Assembly: GCA_964234715.1 (NCBI GenBank)
Contig: OZ174284.1
Strand: one strand, 5' to 3'
Length of the DNA stretch: 64,000 bases
Source of the DNA: Podarcis melisellensis
Taxonomy: Eukaryota
Part shown: piece after piece, positions 25,713-38,725 of the stretch
Position numbering within the stretch: the stretch's first letter is position 1
Layout: each line of letters begins with the position of its first letter
The notes under the pieces: model-generated
Seen by the model: the letters and a program-made list of their open reading frames with translations, nothing else
Told to the model about the DNA's origin: nothing
The model's database searches: none
Position numbers and translations under genes: made by a program

Positions 25713-27938
25713 TATTTGGATTAATGCTTCAGGATTGGGATTCTGTGCCAGTTCCAAGCTGCTGACAGCCTCACAAGGAGCATACATTTCTTTAAAAGAT
25801 GCTTTGACTAATATTTTGATCATGTGAAAAGTGAGACTATAGTTGAAAATGCTCTTTTGCAATATTTAGCTTTCCCCTATAAATTTCTGCCATAGTTCTT
25901 ATTTCTCCTTTTATTCACCACAGCTGAGGAACGAACAGGGAAGCTTTCCAAGTAAAATTGCTTGACTTGCATGTTGCCATATCGCTTAGCATCTTCTACT
26001 ATATTCAAATAAAAAGTGGGTTGTTTGTCTTATTTATTTATTTCTTGGGGGTAAAGAGCAGAATTTCCATTTAATGTGCAAGTTTAGGGGGTGGCCACTC
26101 AGAAAATAATTAACTTTCAGTAATGATTCTTCTGCTCACTTGGAGTAAGCCTTATTGAACATAGACTAATGAGAAAACATGAACAAGGTGAGGCTACATG
26201 GTAGTTAATATTGAAATATAAATATATTGGTGCAGATTATGTTTGAATGATGTTTATTAAAGATAGAATTAGTCAAAGGAAATTTAAGGATTCTATAAAT
26301 AGGATGGTATCAGATTAAGCCCTACTCAGACCCACTGAAATCAGTGGACTTAAGTTAGTCATATCCATGTCAGTCTACTCTGAGAATGACTTGGTTAAAT
26401 ATGGCCCATACACTTCAGTTGAAGAATGTCAATTTTATAACAATATAAAAAACACTGTTGCTAATCTTCATTTAATTAAATGCATCAGCTTAATCTCTTA
26501 ACTACTTGATCAATAACAGTTTGTTAAAACACGGGAAGCATTTACGTAGTTTTAAAATATTTCAATAATAAGATTTGATTTCACTTATTGTAGTTCAGGT
26601 ACTCATATTCATTTTCAAGATTGTACATTTCTTCCTTAAGCCTAATTTACAAGGAAACAAAACATTTGCCGTCTTTCATTTCTTTGTGTTTTCATTGATG
26701 CAAAAATGGATTTCATTCATTAAAGTATTTATCCTCTGTCTCTTCTATTTAAAGTAACTATAATTTAAATAAGCTAGCATCATAACCCATGGTTTGAAAT
26801 TGGGTGGTTTTGCAACTGACCATAGTTTGTGTTAAACCGGTATTCCTGGGTTCAGATGAATTAGGAATTTGTGACTAGTTAAAGGTAAATGTTTTCCAAG
26901 ACTTTTCTGGCTCATTCATGTCACAATAAACCATGTTGTTGTGATGTTAGAACACCACCATTTTGTGTGTCAACAGCTACTTTCTATTAGTAAACTTGTT
27001 CTGCGATCATATTAGCAAGGATTCCTTAATCCAGCCCATTGCCTTTTCTTATATTCATCACTTTATAGCAGATACATTTTTTGAAAGTTGGTGGTGCGCC
27101 TCTGCCTGAAATTCATGCGGTATTCCTGTAGCATAGATGACTTCTGAACAAATGACAAATTACAGAGATGCTGCTAGAAAAAACATTTTTGCTTAGCATT
27201 TGCAAAAGTGACAAAGTAGTATCACACCATGCATTTGTGGATTACACATTTCTCACATCACACCCATTTCATAAGAGTAAATACAAAATTGACAGTACTT
27301 TGTCCTGTTTAAAAGTTGAGCTGCCCTAAATAGCACCTATTATGTATTGTGGCTCAGATTCCATTCTGGTTTATAAAGGAATATAACTCCCCTCTTACTA
27401 AAATTTGAATACCCTCTTTCTCTTTACTTACCTCCGGAGAAGGGGAAGAACAAACACTGGGGGGCAGAGTTAATATTTAAGGACAATATTGCTTAAAGTC
27501 AAAGATAATCCAGTTAAATATTTTTTTTTAGTTCAGTACTTAGAATGCAGGTTAATAAAATATATTTGAATCATACCAAAGCCTCACTATGTATTTTTTG
27601 CCTTTTGCAATATTGAACTTGGCTGATAAACAAAAGCTATTCCATATAGGCAGTATGGCCTTTCCTTATGACAGTTTCTTAGTATTACACAGAACAGGTT
27701 AACAGAAGACAGTCCCACCATCCCTGACTGCTTGGCCGGTTTGAGTCCAACAATATGTGGAAGTCCCTCACCTTAATATCCTACTGACACCTGTATTCCA
27801 ACTGCATGTAGGTCTTTGTGGGAAGGAAGCCATGATAACACTATCTCTTGTGTAGTTGAGATTTCAAGGAGGACTGTGCCTGAGTTAGCCAATCCCAGAG
27901 TCAAGTACTTGAGCGCAGGGCTATATGTACTCTTAAAT

Positions 27939-28041
27939 CAGGCATTCCCAAACTCAGCCCTCCAGCTGTTTTGGGACTACAACTCCCATCATCCCTAGCT
28001 ACAGTAACAGGACCAGTGGTCAGGGGGTTTGGGGAGGCCTG
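27939..28041. mobile_element. hAT MITE with internal deletion and perfect 8-bp TSD
   Basis: TSD tcttaaat at 27931-27938 and 28042-28049; ends caggcattcccaaac...gtttggggaggcctg; core ggactacaactcccatcatccc shared with the 12978 element. Confidence 0.88.
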
Positions 28042-31000
28042 TCTTAAATACTTAAGAAGAAAAAAGTTGCTGAACTAGAGTAACCCTTTCTGAATTCTAC
28101 AACCTCTATTATGCATTTTCCTATCACCTTGTTTCGTTTCTATCATTTATCTACTCCTAACCATGGAGGAGAGGCCAGGACCAGCGAGGAGCCCTCAAGC
28201 CCCCATTCTACCTCACTAGAAATATTATGCAGCCATATTGTCACCCTGGGCTCCTTTGTGAAGAGGTGTAGAAAAAAAGAAATTAAACATAATACTATAT
28301 TTGGCTTCTGAGCTTTCACAAGTCATTTATCACATATGCTTCAACCCTTGCGGTAAAAACAAAGAAGCCAAGGTTCTCAGTAAGCTAAATTCTGAGCCTG
28401 AAACCATATTCCCGTGTAGCAATTAATGTTTCTGCTGAATTAATGTGGTTAAGGTTAGCAGGGGAAGGACAAAGGAAATTCATGCTCCAGAAGGAAAGGA
28501 TGAAGCGGGGAGACAGAACCTGCCTGCCCACTCCTTATTTAGTTAATGGTAGATAGCAAACTGGGAGTATTATATCTACACCAGATACCTAGTTGAGTGC
28601 ACAGTGCACCTCTCAAAGCCTAGAGACTGCTTCTTTGAGCACTTGTCAGTATTTGAGAAGTATTTGTCAGTAGTTGAGGACAACCTTACTGCTTTTGTTT
28701 AGCCCTGAAGTGATAAGTAGTGTAGACCACCTGTTTCACGCAACAGTTCCTGTGCAGTGGTAGCTGAGAGGTCACAATTTTTGTGCTTACTCTTACACAC
28801 TGATACTAAGCTAAAATAGCTTTCATTGGTTTACTAACAACAAATATGGAGCAACCCAAATTATTTCACTCTCTGAGATGGGTGCTGTTTGCCTTTCAGT
28901 GCTTGGTAGTCCACTTCTTCTTTCCCATGACTTGAACAGCCTCCAGGGTAACTTCTTGGTTAAATATTGTCCCCGTTTAAATAAATTACTGTCCATGCAG
29001 TAATTTGCTCCTCCGCCTATGGCAGACCATTTTCACTTATTTTGCAATTGATTTGACTCCAAACTGTGGTCATTTTCACAAAGGGTATCCATCTACCCCA
29101 CGTCACCCTTCGGGTTTTGCTTTTAAAGTTTGCTTCTTGAGGAAGGGCAGTTATATACCCTTGGTTTGTGATTTGAAGGCTGCAATAGTTGTAACTTCAA
29201 TGGGTGGTGAGTGATAAACATTGCTCCTCTTGCTTGTTTGCTCTTTTCCCCATTTCTCTCTTGACTCCCATTTCAGATCAGCTCTTAACTGTATATCTGG
29301 AAAGGCCTTCATGAGCATGTGCTCATCGGTACATAGTTAGACCCCCCTAAAAAGGAATATAGACAGTTTTCTTGTCAGACATAGCTTGGGTAAATGCTCT
29401 TAATAGTGGGCCTTTTTACAGATATAGATTGAAATCAGTCTAATGATTCTTGAGGATTTTCAATCAGTTATAGAAAGGCTGTATACTCTGTCCAAATGCT
29501 GTTCACAAGAGAAGAAAGGTGACTCTGGATTACTAGTTCTAGAAAGTATTGTCAAGTAATTAATCCTTACTTTGTATTCCCCCCCCAAAAAATCTGTCTT
29601 ACCAAAGATGAGGATTTGTCACTTTAAGTATCCAAACAAATATGACAACTTAAAAACAGTTGCAGCATTTATTTTATTTTCAAATTCTGGTTTGGATCCA
29701 GACTTGGCTAATGCCTGCAAGACCCACTACCTAAGCAGAGTCCCACTCATGAGACATTTCCTCTAGTGGAAGAGGGGGAGATGACTTTTCAGTTGCCTGC
29801 TTCCCCTTCAGCTGCTTGTGTCCTCCAAAAAACAAAAAAAACCCCACCTGCTCCATGTGGTTGGAGAACCCTCCAGAACAGCATGGGGGGGGTGCTGGAG
29901 CCTTCAGGCCAAAGGGGAATCACCAGCAGATGAAACCCATCTCAGTCACTTGTAGGTTTTTAAACATAGAACTGAAATAACATACCTACAGAGATCAGCA
30001 GAACAAGAAAGCTCAAATAAATTGGGAATTAATGGTAGTTGAACAATAGATGACCATCTTAGGCTCTGTATGGAAATTCACAGATCAAAGGATCATATTT
30101 CTCCTTGCAAAAAATTTTCAACATTCTGTTTTTCTAAATACACGTGTCATGTCCAGCTTAACTTTTTTGTTGATTAAACCTTTTATAGAATTTGGATGTG
30201 TAATCAACATTTTTTAAAAACATAATTTTATAATGGGAATAAGCTGCTGTGTCCTAGGATTCATGTAGTCAAGCATTCTTTTGTTAACAGTGTCTACCTA
30301 GTTACCTCTGAATCTAATGCTTCCGGGATCTAATACTCAGAGGGTACTGCCACCGGACATCAAAGTGCCATTTAGTTATCACAACTAGCAACTGTTGATA
30401 GGCCTATTCTCCATAAACTTTGCCTGGTCCTTTGTAAATGTGAACTAGTCATATCTTCCGGTTATGAATTCTCTAAGACTTGAAGTCTTAGTTGTGTGTT
30501 TGACTGGAGTTCAAAGAATGCCATACAAATATTCCTAATATTTCTAATATTAGTAGAGGAACGATTTAGTACTGGTCATTTCTCTTCCCTTAGAGAGACT
30601 GAAGCCAGTAGTCATGTATATGAGTGTGGTTCTTTAGTGTGTCATTCATAACTTCAGAGCAGGTTGGAATTCATCTGAAAAGACTTAGGGATTTCCTTTT
30701 TCTTCAGAGTCTCTGTGCTAAAACAGGTTCTCCCTACCTCTGACAAAATACAAGTGATGTATAAAGTTTGCACAATTCTCTAACCCTGTTCAGATTCTGT
30801 AGCATTGTCTTGCATCTTCTTCAGTAGGAAGCTGTTAGAACTTCTTTGGTAAATCTAAAGAGATCTTGTCATTGGACAATGGGAGCTTTCATCTGAAGAT
30901 GTTGTGTTTTTTCTTGCTAGTAATGAAAATCAGTGTGTTTTAACCATTGTGGTTTCAACCCTGATTTTCATGGGGAAGGACTAAGGTTTTTCTCCATCAC

Positions 31001-31208
31001 ATGCTTAAGTAATAGTGCGTACTGTGGCAGCCCAACATTCAAGCTTCATCTTGATTTATCATCATTGCCCCATTCTCTTGATAGGGAATCAGTGTTAAAT
31101 GCTTAGAGAACCACCATCTTTCACTAAAAACAGCATCTGTTTCTAACTTCAGCTTTTTATTTTCTATCTTTCATTTTCTTTTTTCTTTTTTGTTGATAAA
31201 TCTCCCAG

Positions 31209-31421
31209 ACAACAACAGTTCTGTAGAGAGTTTAAATATGAAGGAATGGCAGGACGGGCTAAGGGCACTTCTACCGAACATTAACATCAACTTTGGTGGA
31301 CTGCCCAATGCTACTTCCCCCTCCAACGCCAACCACAGTGTACCAACATCCAACACTGCCACCACCGACAGCCTGAATTGGGACAGCCCTGGCAGCTGGA
31401 TGGACCCCGCAATCATCACAG
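31209..31421 (+). CDS. CNOT4: CNOT4 symmetric cassette exon (71 codons)
   Basis: tcccag|ACAACA...ATCACAG|gtaaca; 213 nt, phase 1-1; DNNSSVESLNMKEWQDGLRALLPNININFGG...WMDPAIIT. Confidence 0.95.
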
Positions 31422-32127
31422 GTAACAATTTCTCGCTCCTTCAGCTCCACTGAGAATTACCAAGTGCATATTTTGCACAAATTAATCAATGCCTTTTTTC
31501 GAAAGAAAGAAAGAAAGAAAAAGCAACTCTATGCGGTGGTCTCTTCCAGCTTCCATCCACCAAACTTTCTAGAGGTTCAAGCATCTTTTTTTGGGGGGAA
31601 ACCAGGCATTAGCCCCCTCCATCCCAATATCCGTTGCATGTTCAGCGTCTTCCCAATACATCTTTAGACTTTAGTAGGTTGCCCTGTGATCTAATGGCTT
31701 GCCAGTTCTGTGCAATGAAATTCCTTAGGCACTGATACATTAACTGGACTCTTTTTCATTAAAAAGGAACATACTCCACTTGTTTATAAAGCTCTCTTAT
31801 AAGGCTATTTGTGTTTCCCTTTTAAAGGCTAAAGCATGATTTGGAAAAAGGTAGAGGAGCATATGGTATCTGGTAGAGCTAGATTGTGAATAAATCTCTG
31901 GACGAATGTTGTAGAAAGTGTGAAAAGTTCTCCAAGGGGCAAATGTTTCTTGTGAAAGCTCAACTACTGTTTTGTCTGGAACACTGTTATAACAGTCCTT
32001 TGTACCAACTAATAATGTTTTCTTACCATTGCCATTGGTTAGGTTTAAGCTGACCTACTTCACATTTGAAGTTCTTGCTTGCTCTGACTTAACCTCTTTC
32101 TCCTCCTATGTTTTCTCTTCTTCCTAG

Positions 32128-32429
32128 GTATCCCAGCCTCCGCTGGAAACAGTTTAGACACCCTTCAAGACGACAATCCACCTCACTGGCTAAAATCTCT
32201 TCAGGCTCTCACAGAGATGGATGGCCCCAGTGCTGCCCCGACACAGACCCCCCACAGTAACCCCTTCAGCACACAGATTCCTCTGCACAGAGCCAGTTGG
32301 AATCCTTACTCCCCACCTTCAAACCCCGCCAGTTTTCACTCTCCTCCCCCAGGCTTCCAGACAGCTTTCAGACCCCCCAGTAAAACCCCCACAGATCTAC
32401 TACAGAGCTCAGCGCTGGATCGTCATTAG
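32128..32429 (+). CDS. CNOT4: CNOT4 terminal coding exon
   Basis: ttcctag|GTATCC; GIPASAGNSLDTLQDDNPPHWLKSLQALTEMDGP...DLLQSSALDRH, stop TAG at 32427-32429. Confidence 0.96.
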
Positions 32430-33431
32430 GAAAAGTTCAAAAACATTAGAAATGCAGGAATTGCCCCACCCAGACTTCCTACACCCACTCATGGTCCCTC
32501 CTCCACATCTTTCTTTCTGAAGAATCCAGTTCCTGATCAAAACTCTTCCCCACCAGCCTCCAAATGCAATGCAATCACAGGGTCATAACCATATCTCTTT
32601 ATTTTATTTTAAGATTCTGCTAAGCCAGTGTTTGAAATACACTGATGAAATTTCTTTAAACACACAAAGAAAAAAGAGAGAGAGAAATCAAAAGTGCATA
32701 AAAAGGAAAATATTATTTTCATAAATCTTTTGCACGGAATTACTTTAGCCTAGCAGAAAATGTCAAGTAGGGGGAAATAATATAAAATTCAGAATCAAAT
32801 GCAGCGATGTAAAAGCAGTTTAATATAAATGAGAGATTCAAGGTATAGGGAAAAAACCAGTGGCCTGGCATTTATTTTGCATTCTGTGTGTCAGTATGCA
32901 GGGAGATAGCCCCCCACCCTCTGTTTGGGAGGGTGGGACAGTATTGTCAGTAAGATTTGTCATGAAGTGGGTTGAAGGACAGTCTGCCTGTTGAAATAAA
33001 CTGACATGTTGCCTTGTTCCTAAGAAGTGGTTTAACAGAGGGATATTTTAAAATTTTGGCTTTAGATTTCAAGTAAACGTAATGTTTTAAAAATATTCAC
33101 AGATTTAATACCTAGCATATACATGATATAATTATAAGCAGCTGAAACACGAGTGATATTTACTTCAGTCTTTCTGTCTCCTTGTCAGTCTCTCTTTCTT
33201 TTTTTTCTTTCCTTTTTTTTTAAAAAATCACCTGATTAAGGCACTCTGGGATAGCACTGCATTGGGGCCACATGATCACCATCAGGAGCGCAACCTTTGA
33301 CGACCTCTGCCTGCAGCTTTTACTTAACCTTGTAGTTTCTGGACGTTTGTGCAGTATTGAAAGACAGGAAAAGAGAAACAGATAAAATTAAACATGGTTA
33401 TAACCTGACTCTAAAACTAAAAACAAGGAAA

Positions 33432-33525
33432 TGTACCTCTTTCTTCAGAATTAAAACTAAAATCTTAAATAAAACAGAAAACTTGATGACAGCTTTTTGT
33501 GAGTTCTCCTTCTTTGATTTTGTGC
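33432..33525 (+). terminator. CNOT4: CNOT4 polyadenylation signal region
   Basis: TGTA at 33432, ATTAAA 33450-33455, AATAAA 33468-33473, CA at about 33490, then U/GU-rich gctttttgtgagttctccttctttgattttgtg; a second AATAAA lies at 32995-33000. Confidence 0.75.
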
Positions 33526-36500
33526 TCATTTTTGTCAGTTCATGTGATGGGTTTGGCAGAAAACATGCTCTCTGTGCATGCCCCATTGGACTGTTGCCCT
33601 TTCTGCCCTAGTGCCAACGTTAGCTTTTCTGTGCCATATCTTGCCCAGCTTTACTGTATTTCCCTCAGTTAACACCCTGCTTTTTGGCAATGCTGTCTCC
33701 AGAGTTTTTAAATTTAGGGGAATTTCCAAAGCGGATTACAAAATTGTTTAGTGTATATTGCATATGGGGGCTTACATAGACCAAAAATACTTACTAGATA
33801 GACTATGTTCTGTATATTCCCACTTTTCGCACACTGCTGACTGTTGATTATTACATGGAACTGCACATATGCATTTAAAATACACTGAGAAATAGGGTTA
33901 ATATATCCAGGAGACAGTTCAATTTCTGGTTATTTGAGCTCAGAAAATCAGTGTGCCCTTTGTGCTGTAAACAATAAAATAATGCCTTTCACCACAGCAG
34001 CCTGGTTCAGACATAATCCTGGTCTGATAATGTAGGCTGCTTAAACCACAACTTCCAAACCAGGAAATTCTGTTTAAAGGGTTCTCTCCAAACCCAGAAA
34101 GCAGGATGGAAGGGGAAGGACTTGAAGGCAGCACAGGGAATCTATATAGCTTGTTTCAAGCCCAAATAAACCATGTTTTATGCTTCCAGTTTCACCCCAG
34201 GAGAAAGCAAGAGTGAAGCAGTTTTATGTATTGTTTTAATCCATAGATTCTAAAGTGAGATTGCATATGTGTCTGATAATCCTACATAAAAATATACATC
34301 TTGCATTTAGGCACCCACTTAATTCTCACTAAAGACTGAAATCTTACCTTGGAGTCAGCCCAGCCTTTCTGTTATGAGGAATATATTGTTTTATATCAGG
34401 ATGGCATGCCCCATAGTGCATAGTTAGAGCTCTATAGGCTACCTCTAGTTATGGCAAAGTTTAAAGTTGGTATGTACTCACCGTGTGCAAATAAGATTGG
34501 GAAAAGTTAACATTTAAAACCCAGGCATTTCTGTTGTTTACATTTTTAATTTTAATACACAATTTATATACAGGAGGTCTAACTTTTGTAATGACATTCA
34601 TTTTTATGAACATTTTTCTTGAATACAGTATTTTATCTCTGTGCATGTACAGGCCGCAAGTTGACGAAAGTCTGGTTCAAATCAGATTTTCAGCCACAAA
34701 ACACTTTGTGTGGACTTAAAACAAGCTGTTAGGCATTAGCATCTGATTCCATCTTCTATAATGGGGACAATTCTCAAAGTTCTCAGCCTGTTGTAAAGAC
34801 TACTGAGAATGTGTGAAGCATTTGGGCACTTAAAATTTGTGTGTGTGTGAATGTGCACATACAGTGTTTCCTATTCAAGCTTTGATCTATATCTATAAAA
34901 TTAGCAAATATACTGGATATTCAAAGCAAGTTTTCTTTACATGAATTCCAAAACATTTTATCCAGTATGGTCACTTGTGCTTGCAGCCATAGAGCCATTG
35001 AAGATGCTTAGAAAAAGCCATGTAATCTTAGCTTACTAATGAACTAGCACTGACAACAGAATTTAATAGAAAACCGAGTTTATATAAAATAATCCTTGCA
35101 TAATGAATGCATAAGCATTTGATACATACTGTGTATAACAACTTCCATGTTTGTTTAGCTGCAGTTGATTTACACACCAATTGACTTGCTTGGTATTACC
35201 AGAATTATTATTTTTTGGCCCCTGCTTTTGTTTATTGCTTTATGCATAAATTTAGGATGTACATCTTGTCCTCCGACTTTGATGCATATCTATATATATA
35301 GATTTGAAAGGAATGGATGACACCCGTTTTAGTTCTCCTGTTCAGTTTACATTCTCTTCCTAACAATTATAGAAAGATGGTGGTACATTCAGTAGATGAT
35401 GAATGGATTCTACATCACTCTGGAAAATATAGGTATTTAACCAAGTCCTACAATTCCACTTGTTGCTCGCAATGCATGGTTTGGTACGAGTTGTTTTCTG
35501 GGTCCAGGGATTAAAAAGTAACCAAGTAAAATGCGTTAACATAAATGATAAACATTCTATTGCATTAATATAATGTGAATTTCCGAATTTCAAGTTCTGT
35601 GTCTGAAAGGGTTGACATGCAGGGACCTATTCAGCTGCATCCTAGATAATTTTTGCTCCCTAAGGCAAATGCTTAGTCACTTTGTGTAGATGTGACTCCT
35701 CACAAAAGGTTGCTTCATGTGTTGTATATAGCTTGCATTCTGCAAATGTAGATAAGTTCCAAGTTGCTGTTGAAAATCGCCTTCTCCCCTGCCAGTTGAA
35801 GTGTGTGAAAGGAAGGCTCTCCACACGCCTGGATTCTCTCTGTGTTTAAACTTGCTCTGAGCTTGCCGCTAGTGAGGTGCTGTATTCTCCAGCAATAGGG
35901 ATGTCTTGGACTGTGTGTCTCAAATGCAATTTTTCTAACTGTAGCAAATGTACCCTGTCAGATCCATCATCTTGAATATAAATACGTTACCATTATTACC
36001 ATCTCTGGTTTTAAGTGATCTCTAGTTCAGGAGTGGGATGATTTTGGCCCTGAACTAAAACTCCATTTAGCCCCAGTAAGCACAACGCAGCAAACATTGA
36101 GCGTTGTCAGTGCAAGCCTTTGGCAGCCTCTCCCTACTGAGATTAGAAAGACACGCTCCTTACTGAACTTCAGGCATGTAACAAAGACTTTCTTTTTACA
36201 GCAGGCATCATAAGTGTTCAGGTTTTTGCTGGTTTGGGGGTGAGTTTGTTTTGTTTTGTGTATGGTTCATTTTCATGTGCACTGCTTAGGAATGCTAATG
36301 ATTAAGCAGTATATAAAGCCTCGGGGATGATGGGAGTTGTTGTTCACCAACATCTAGAGGGTGATAATGTCCCCACCCCTTCTTTAGCAGATGATCTCAA
36401 TAGGGACTTTCCTTGAGGATGTAGCAAGGCACCACGCTAATTCTTATACCAGTTACGTTTCTGCTTTTAGTGAAATGTCACTGGGCAACAGTCATTACTA

Positions 36501-37361
36501 CCACTTTCTCCCAGTTGTCCTTGGTGCAGCCTGAATCAATACATAGCAGAAACTAATCTGTCTGTACGTCTTTTCCTGTCCCCATCTTATGACTTTGGGC
36601 CATAACAATTTGCCCTACATTTTCTCCTCCCCACCCTGTCACCTTTTATTTAAAATTCCCGCCTGAATAAGAGATCTGGAGAACTTGAAATACTGCTTGT
36701 GAGTTTGATATTTTGGTTGATCCTAAATAAGGTAGCTTCAGTGTCTTTTGGTTTTGCCTCCAATAGACCAACACAGCTATCTGGTTTTGTGCAAATTTGT
36801 AGACACTCCTCCCTGGTTTCTTTTTATGATTTACTTGGCTAGTTAGGTTGTTTTGCTGAGGGTGGGGAGAGGAAATCAATGACATGCCCCATTTTATGGG
36901 AGTATGGAATTACAAGGTTTGGCAGCATTTTGGTATGTGCAGTTCCCTTGTAGCACCCTTGAGCCCCAGTTTTTACATTCATTTTTGGGAGGAGGAAGGC
37001 AGAAGATAAAGTACTAATCAGTCTCAGAGGTCCCTTGGTGGTGACAATTCTGTGGGGCAGCCCAGATGCTGATGCATATCTGCAGCAATGTTGTCAGGAT
37101 CCCTAGGAGTGGCCTCACTTGTATGTGCCAGGTGAGACAACATAATCACAGCATAATGTAAGTGACTATGAGAAGCCAGATATCAAGAGAAACTAGCAAC
37201 TGAGGCGTAATAATACCACTTAACCTGTTGCCGGTCACAAATCTGAACTTAGACACATCTTGTATTTGTCATATGGCTTGCAGTCACCTGTTTTACTAAA
37301 CCATGGAGTGGTATCAAGCTAAACAGGGCTGCTATAGACCACATAAATCCGGTCTCCAGTA

Positions 37362-37561
37362 CAGTTGTACCTTGGATCCCAAATGCCTTGCGAGTTCACT
37401 GTTTGGGCTCCCGAATGCCACAAACCTGGAAGTGAGTCTTCCAGTTTGTGAACGTTCTTTGGAACCCGAACGTCCGACGCAGCTTCCAATTGGCTGCAGG
37501 AGCCAATGTTTTCCAAACGGAGTTCCGGAACAGATTCCATTTGACTTCCAAGGTACCGCTG
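37362..37561. mobile_element. Tc1/pogo (Tigger-like) MITE
   Basis: TA|cagttgtaccttgga ... tccaaggtaccgctg|TA: TIRs plus TA target duplication. Confidence 0.85.
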
Positions 37562-37797
37562 TACATTTAGGGGGTACACAGGGGAAGGAGAAGAAGATGA
37601 ACTTCCATTGCCCAGTCAGACGTGCTTGGACTAGGAGAAGTATTTAGTTGCATACTGCCCCATGGTATTACTTCTCAATAAATCACTTTGTATAGGAATT
37701 CTGTAGATCTAGTCATGTATTCTGTGGAGAAATAACATTCGATCTGTTTCCTACTTCCTCAGTGAATAAGACTAGAGATGACATAAAAGGTTGTGGC

Positions 37798-37803
37798 TTT
37801 ATT
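37798..37803 (-). terminator. candidate poly(A) signal of the SUSD3-like gene
   Basis: First AATAAA I found on the - strand downstream of the stop at 38150 (about 350 nt). Confidence 0.4.
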
Positions 37804-38149
37804 CTGTCAAGTTGTCCACCTGGCTACAAAAGAAACACTTTACTAAATAATAGTACTATGAACCTATGCCTTGAAATAAAATAAATGTTAAAACTCATTT
37901 TCCTTTTTAGAGCTCCCACTGTTACGCGAATAGATGGTACATTTTCAGTAGTATGTTTCAATTTTGAACAAGCAGCCTATATCATAGGGTTGCATGCTTC
38001 AGATTATACATGTTTTCTCTATTGTGTTTTACATAAACTGACCTATAATGACAGGTTTCATAAATGGGCTATGTATGCCATAAAAGAGCAAGAAGTCAGT
38101 TCCCACAAACTTCCATGAGTGCATTGCTGTTGGTTCATTACAAAGCGAT

Positions 38150-38405
38150 TTATCTCGGATTCCAAAGTGCTGTCTTATTCAAAGGGTTCAGTCCTTCAGA
38201 TCTTCTGTAATAAACAGAAGGCAAGGCTTGGGGGAGATTGTGATGGCAAGGTTTCACATTCAAGGGGGCGTCTCCTGGTTTCTGAAGCAAATGAACAAAC
38301 ATCGAGGCAGATGGGGCAGTTCCTGGCTTCAGAACAACCTGCGGGAAGATGTGGATTTCGGAGCATAAGCTTTGCGGTGCCCATTTCTGCAGATTCTCCT
38401 GGCTC
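38150..38405 (-). CDS. SUSD3-like gene, exon 5 (terminal; cytoplasmic tail)
   Basis: Acceptor ttttactgtgttccatttctaatag|G; phase 2 joins exon 4 to give GFQ-R-SQENLQKWAPQ...ALWNPR, stop at 38152-38150. Confidence 0.75.
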
Positions 38406-38608
38406 CTATTAGAAATGGAACACAGTAAAAGAGATGGTGAGAGGTGTTGGGCAGTAATCAAAATCACTCTGAACAAAATGTTCTAAGACTAAAGGGCCAC
38501 TGGAACATAGTGATCATGCTTTTGTGACATTATGAATTTCACTCTCTCCAGTCTGTGAAAGTGTCATTTGCTGCTTAGAAGGACATTTGAATCACCTGCT
38601 GTGTGGAT

Positions 38609-38725
38609 CACAGAATTGTATAGTTGGAAGGGACCCTGCGGATCATCTAGTCCTGCGATGCAGGAATATGCATCTGTCTCATATGAGAATCGAACCTGCC
38701 AGCTTGGTGTTCTCAGCACTGTGCT
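38609..38725 (-). mobile_element. short tRNA-head / CR1-tail SINE
   Basis: CR1-like 3' end (agaattgtatagttggaagggacc) fused to a reversed B box (atcgaacc); followed by a palindromic MITE remnant to about 38830. Confidence 0.55.

Noticed and set aside
32221-32520. 99-aa alternative-frame ORF overlapping the last CNOT4 exon
   Set aside because: Expected by chance in C-rich, Pro-coding sequence; no splice phase leads into it and no recognisable motif
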